A stretch of DNA of 64,000 nt from Selaginella moellendorffii (taxonomy: Eukaryota > Plantae > Lycopodiophyta), in assembly GCF_000143415.4 (NCBI RefSeq), contig NW_003314267.1, forward strand, positions 2,831,839 to 2,895,838. Direction: 5' to 3'. The position numbers and the translations under genes are program-made. The notes beneath the pieces were generated by a model that was given only the letters and a program-made list of their open reading frames with translations, was not told where the DNA came from and ran no database searches. Of this stretch, positions 61,403 through 64,000 are shown piece after piece. Every line of letters starts with the position of its first letter. The first letter of the stretch is position 1.

Positions 61403-63129
61403 TGTAAGCCTCAATTAAATTTTCCATTCTACTTTAGTCACTTAACCACACTTTCAACCACTTGGAGGAGTTTCACTCACAACCTCCGGAAGTCCTATTC
61501 TGGACTTAGGGACTTGCTAGCCCCAAAAATGGCATCCATGCCACTCCACCATTGCACTTGATCCTAGTTCTCCACATGTTCGATCCCATAACCGACACCC
61601 CAAGGTACCCCCGACATATCAGCCCGTTACGCTAAGGCCATGCCCATTCACCTTGGTCACAGCAATGGTCCAATACCATCTGCATCGCAATCTCGTCTCT
61701 CAAGGACTGGGCCATCCATCCATGAGTGATCATCCCAGATCCACTCCTTAGCATCCTTAGGATGCCCATAGACATGGGGATTAGCCTTCCCCAATATCCC
61801 TTTTCTAGTCCCCACTAAGTCCCTTTCTATTCATGGCCGTGCTTGCCAACACTGCCACTAGATCAAGGCTAACAAGCCCAACCACTAAGTCCCACGGTCC
61901 TCTGAGACTTCCTCCTCACATGACCATATCCTTGGTCTCTACACTAGAGGATGGCTCATCTTCCTTTTCACAGTCTGGGACTTCAGGGCAACATTTCGGA
62001 ACACATGGCCTTACGCGAGCCTTGTGGGTACTCTCCCCGCCTTCCGCCTTTGGGTGCTCTAGCCATGGGCTTAGAGCGAGGTTCCGTTGAGCCACACCTG
62101 GTATCCAAGTAGGTAGTGCCACCCACACTTGGACTGGGAGCATTGGCCAATCGATCTCCCGGGGCAACTAGAGCCGGCTCTTGAACACTTCACCAAGCTA
62201 CCCTGCTTGTCGGTTCGTGTTCACTCTAGTCTTGGACTTCCCAGTGGGCGGCTCATCACTCAACACTGGATATAGCTTTCCTGGGCCAAACTGGCCTTTC
62301 CTAGCCAAACTAGCTCCACTGCAGTCCTCCCCCTTACTATACTTTTGGAGCTCACCAAACCCCCCAGGGTCTGGGAGACGAATGCTTTGGGCTTTCACCC
62401 TCTCAGACTCGAACTCGGACTTGGACTCGGACTTGGACTCGGGCTCGGACTCGGGCTCGGACTTGGACTCGGACTCGGACTTGGGCTTGGGCTCGGTCTC
62501 GGCCTTGGCCTCGGTCTCGATCTTGGTCCTGGTCTCGATCCTGATCTCGGTCTTGGTCTGGGTCCTGGTCTCGGTCTTGATCTCGGTCTCGATCTCGATC
62601 TCGGTCCCAGTCTCGGTCCCAGTTCCGGTCTCGACATCAGACTCCATCTCGGATTCCATCTCAGGTCCATCTCAAACTCCATCTCGGACTCCATCTCAGG
62701 TCCATCTCGGACTCCATCTCGGACTCCATCTCGGATCCATCTCGGACTCTTTCTCGGACTCCGTCTCGGTCCATCTCGGACTCCGTCTCAGTCCATCTCA
62801 GACTCCATCTCGGACTCCACCTCGGACTCCAACTCGGGTCCATCTTGGACTCCATCTCGATCCATATCGGACTCCACCTCGGACTCCATCTCGGACTCCA
62901 ACTCGGGTCCATCTCGAACTCCTCTTGTGTCCCTTTTTTAAAGACTCACTTATTGCTTGCTTCGTGCTTGTTATTTGAGCACTTTGTTGGGAGTTCCACT
63001 CCCGCTCTTGACCTTTCAAGTTAGAGCTTTTAGTCTAAACGTGTTATGCTTGTTTGGCTTTTGCTTCGGCCATTACCACGTGGCAGCCTTTCGGCTCCAC
63101 TTTGGGGCCTAAGGTTTTTGTGTCTCACA
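61403..63129 (-). mobile_element. Family-A solo LTR
   Basis: TGTAAG...TGTCTCACA, colinear with 2682-4425; flanks CCATC/CCACC. Confidence 0.9.
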
Positions 63130-63502
63130 CCACCATTGGGTCCGGGCCGGAAGGCCCAGCCACTAAGTCCCATAGACATCTAAGACATCCTTATCACACG
63201 ACCGTATCCTTGATCTCTATACAAGAGGACTCCTCCTCTTCCTTTTCTCATTGGGACCTTGCGACAACATTTCAAAACATTGTGGCCCTATGCGAGCCTT
63301 ATGGGTACTCTCCCCACCTTCTGCCCTTGGGTGCCCTATCTATGTGGCTAGAGTGAAATTCTGATGAGCCACGCTAGGTATCTAAGTAGGTAGTGCTACC
63401 CACACTTGGATTGGGAACATTAACCATTAGATCTCTTGAGGGGGATAGAGCCGGCTTTTGAACACTTCATCAAGCTACCCCACTTGTCTATCCATATTCA
63501 AT
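63130..63502 (-). mobile_element. Older family-A LTR fragment
   Basis: Diverged match to ~3127-3500; interrupted by a TRIM at 63503. Confidence 0.75.
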
Positions 63503-64000
63503 TGTAGTGCATCTTATCTCTTTCCCTTTAAGCTAATTGAAATGTTGCCTTTAGTGGCTATTTTATCCCCATTTGTCCCCCAAAGTTCCAAGGATCCTTA
63601 TTTTTCCCCCAAGGTTTTAAAGATCCATAGTGACAGTATATTCAAATCTTATCCCATGATCATATGCACTACACTCACCCTCCCCTTTAGAGATGTCAAT
63701 GTCTTCATTGATTATTGACTAACAACCTTTACTGAGTGAAGGGAAGCCAACACCTCCATTTTCACACTGAATATACCAATCCTTCCATTGTGTAAACTAG
63801 CTAGTCAATGTGAGGCAACTAGTCATCCACCTGTACTGCAATCCCACGGTAGATACCTTCATCCGTGGATACTCTATAAGAGAAATGACGTACACATGGA
63901 TGCCCAATACATACAATTTCAAATTTTAGGGGTAGAAATATGCCTTGCTTAAGGGTATATTATCTTTTAAGTAACCACTAATCAATGGGAATCAAACCCA
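63503..64000 (-). mobile_element. Family-D TRIM (runs off window end)
   Basis: LTR TGTAGTGC...GCACTACA at 63503-63673, PPT, internal region colinear with 26230-26556. Confidence 0.88.

Noticed and set aside
61398-63134. CCATC/CCACC as a firm TSD for the solo LTR
   Set aside because: One mismatch, and the two flanks belong to different repeat families (C on the left, A on the right), so it may be coincidence or a rearrangement
63355-63400. Hammerhead core CTGATGA
   Set aside because: It is a diverged position of the family-A LTR; no GAAA core or stems

Overview
Eukaryotic plant DNA with assembly gaps. Introns are very short (45-65 nt) and the retroelements are chromovirus-like, which suggests a lycophyte such as Selaginella (inference). 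About 1-27 kb and 55-64 kb are nested retrotransposons: a non-autonomous LTR family A (one full element with TSD, several solo or partial LTRs), a truncated Galadriel-like chromovirus (family B), Cassandra TRIMs with 5S rRNA-derived LTRs, a second TRIM family (D), a large repeat family (C) and an L1-type LINE remnant. Part of this nest is inserted into a decayed Mutator-like transposase gene. 27.7-50.9 kb looks like a head-to-tail array of three minus-strand Helitrons carrying host gene fragments (CFIm25, kinase, LAF3-like amidohydrolase, kelch x2, CYP88, Serinc, glutathionyl-hydroquinone reductase, DnaJ/thioredoxin). 51018-54237 is a 21-exon NSF gene with a U12 AT-AC intron and two apparent 1-nt frameshifts. 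The most striking observation is that the chromovirus integrase is interrupted by two host-sized GT-AG introns (47 and 52 nt). Removing them exactly restores the HPQTDGQ-x-E catalytic motif and the GPF-chromodomain frame. In addition, the non-autonomous partner family is tiled with hairpins and shares a tRNA T-arm-like structured 3' module with this element. All alignments and translations were done by eye.
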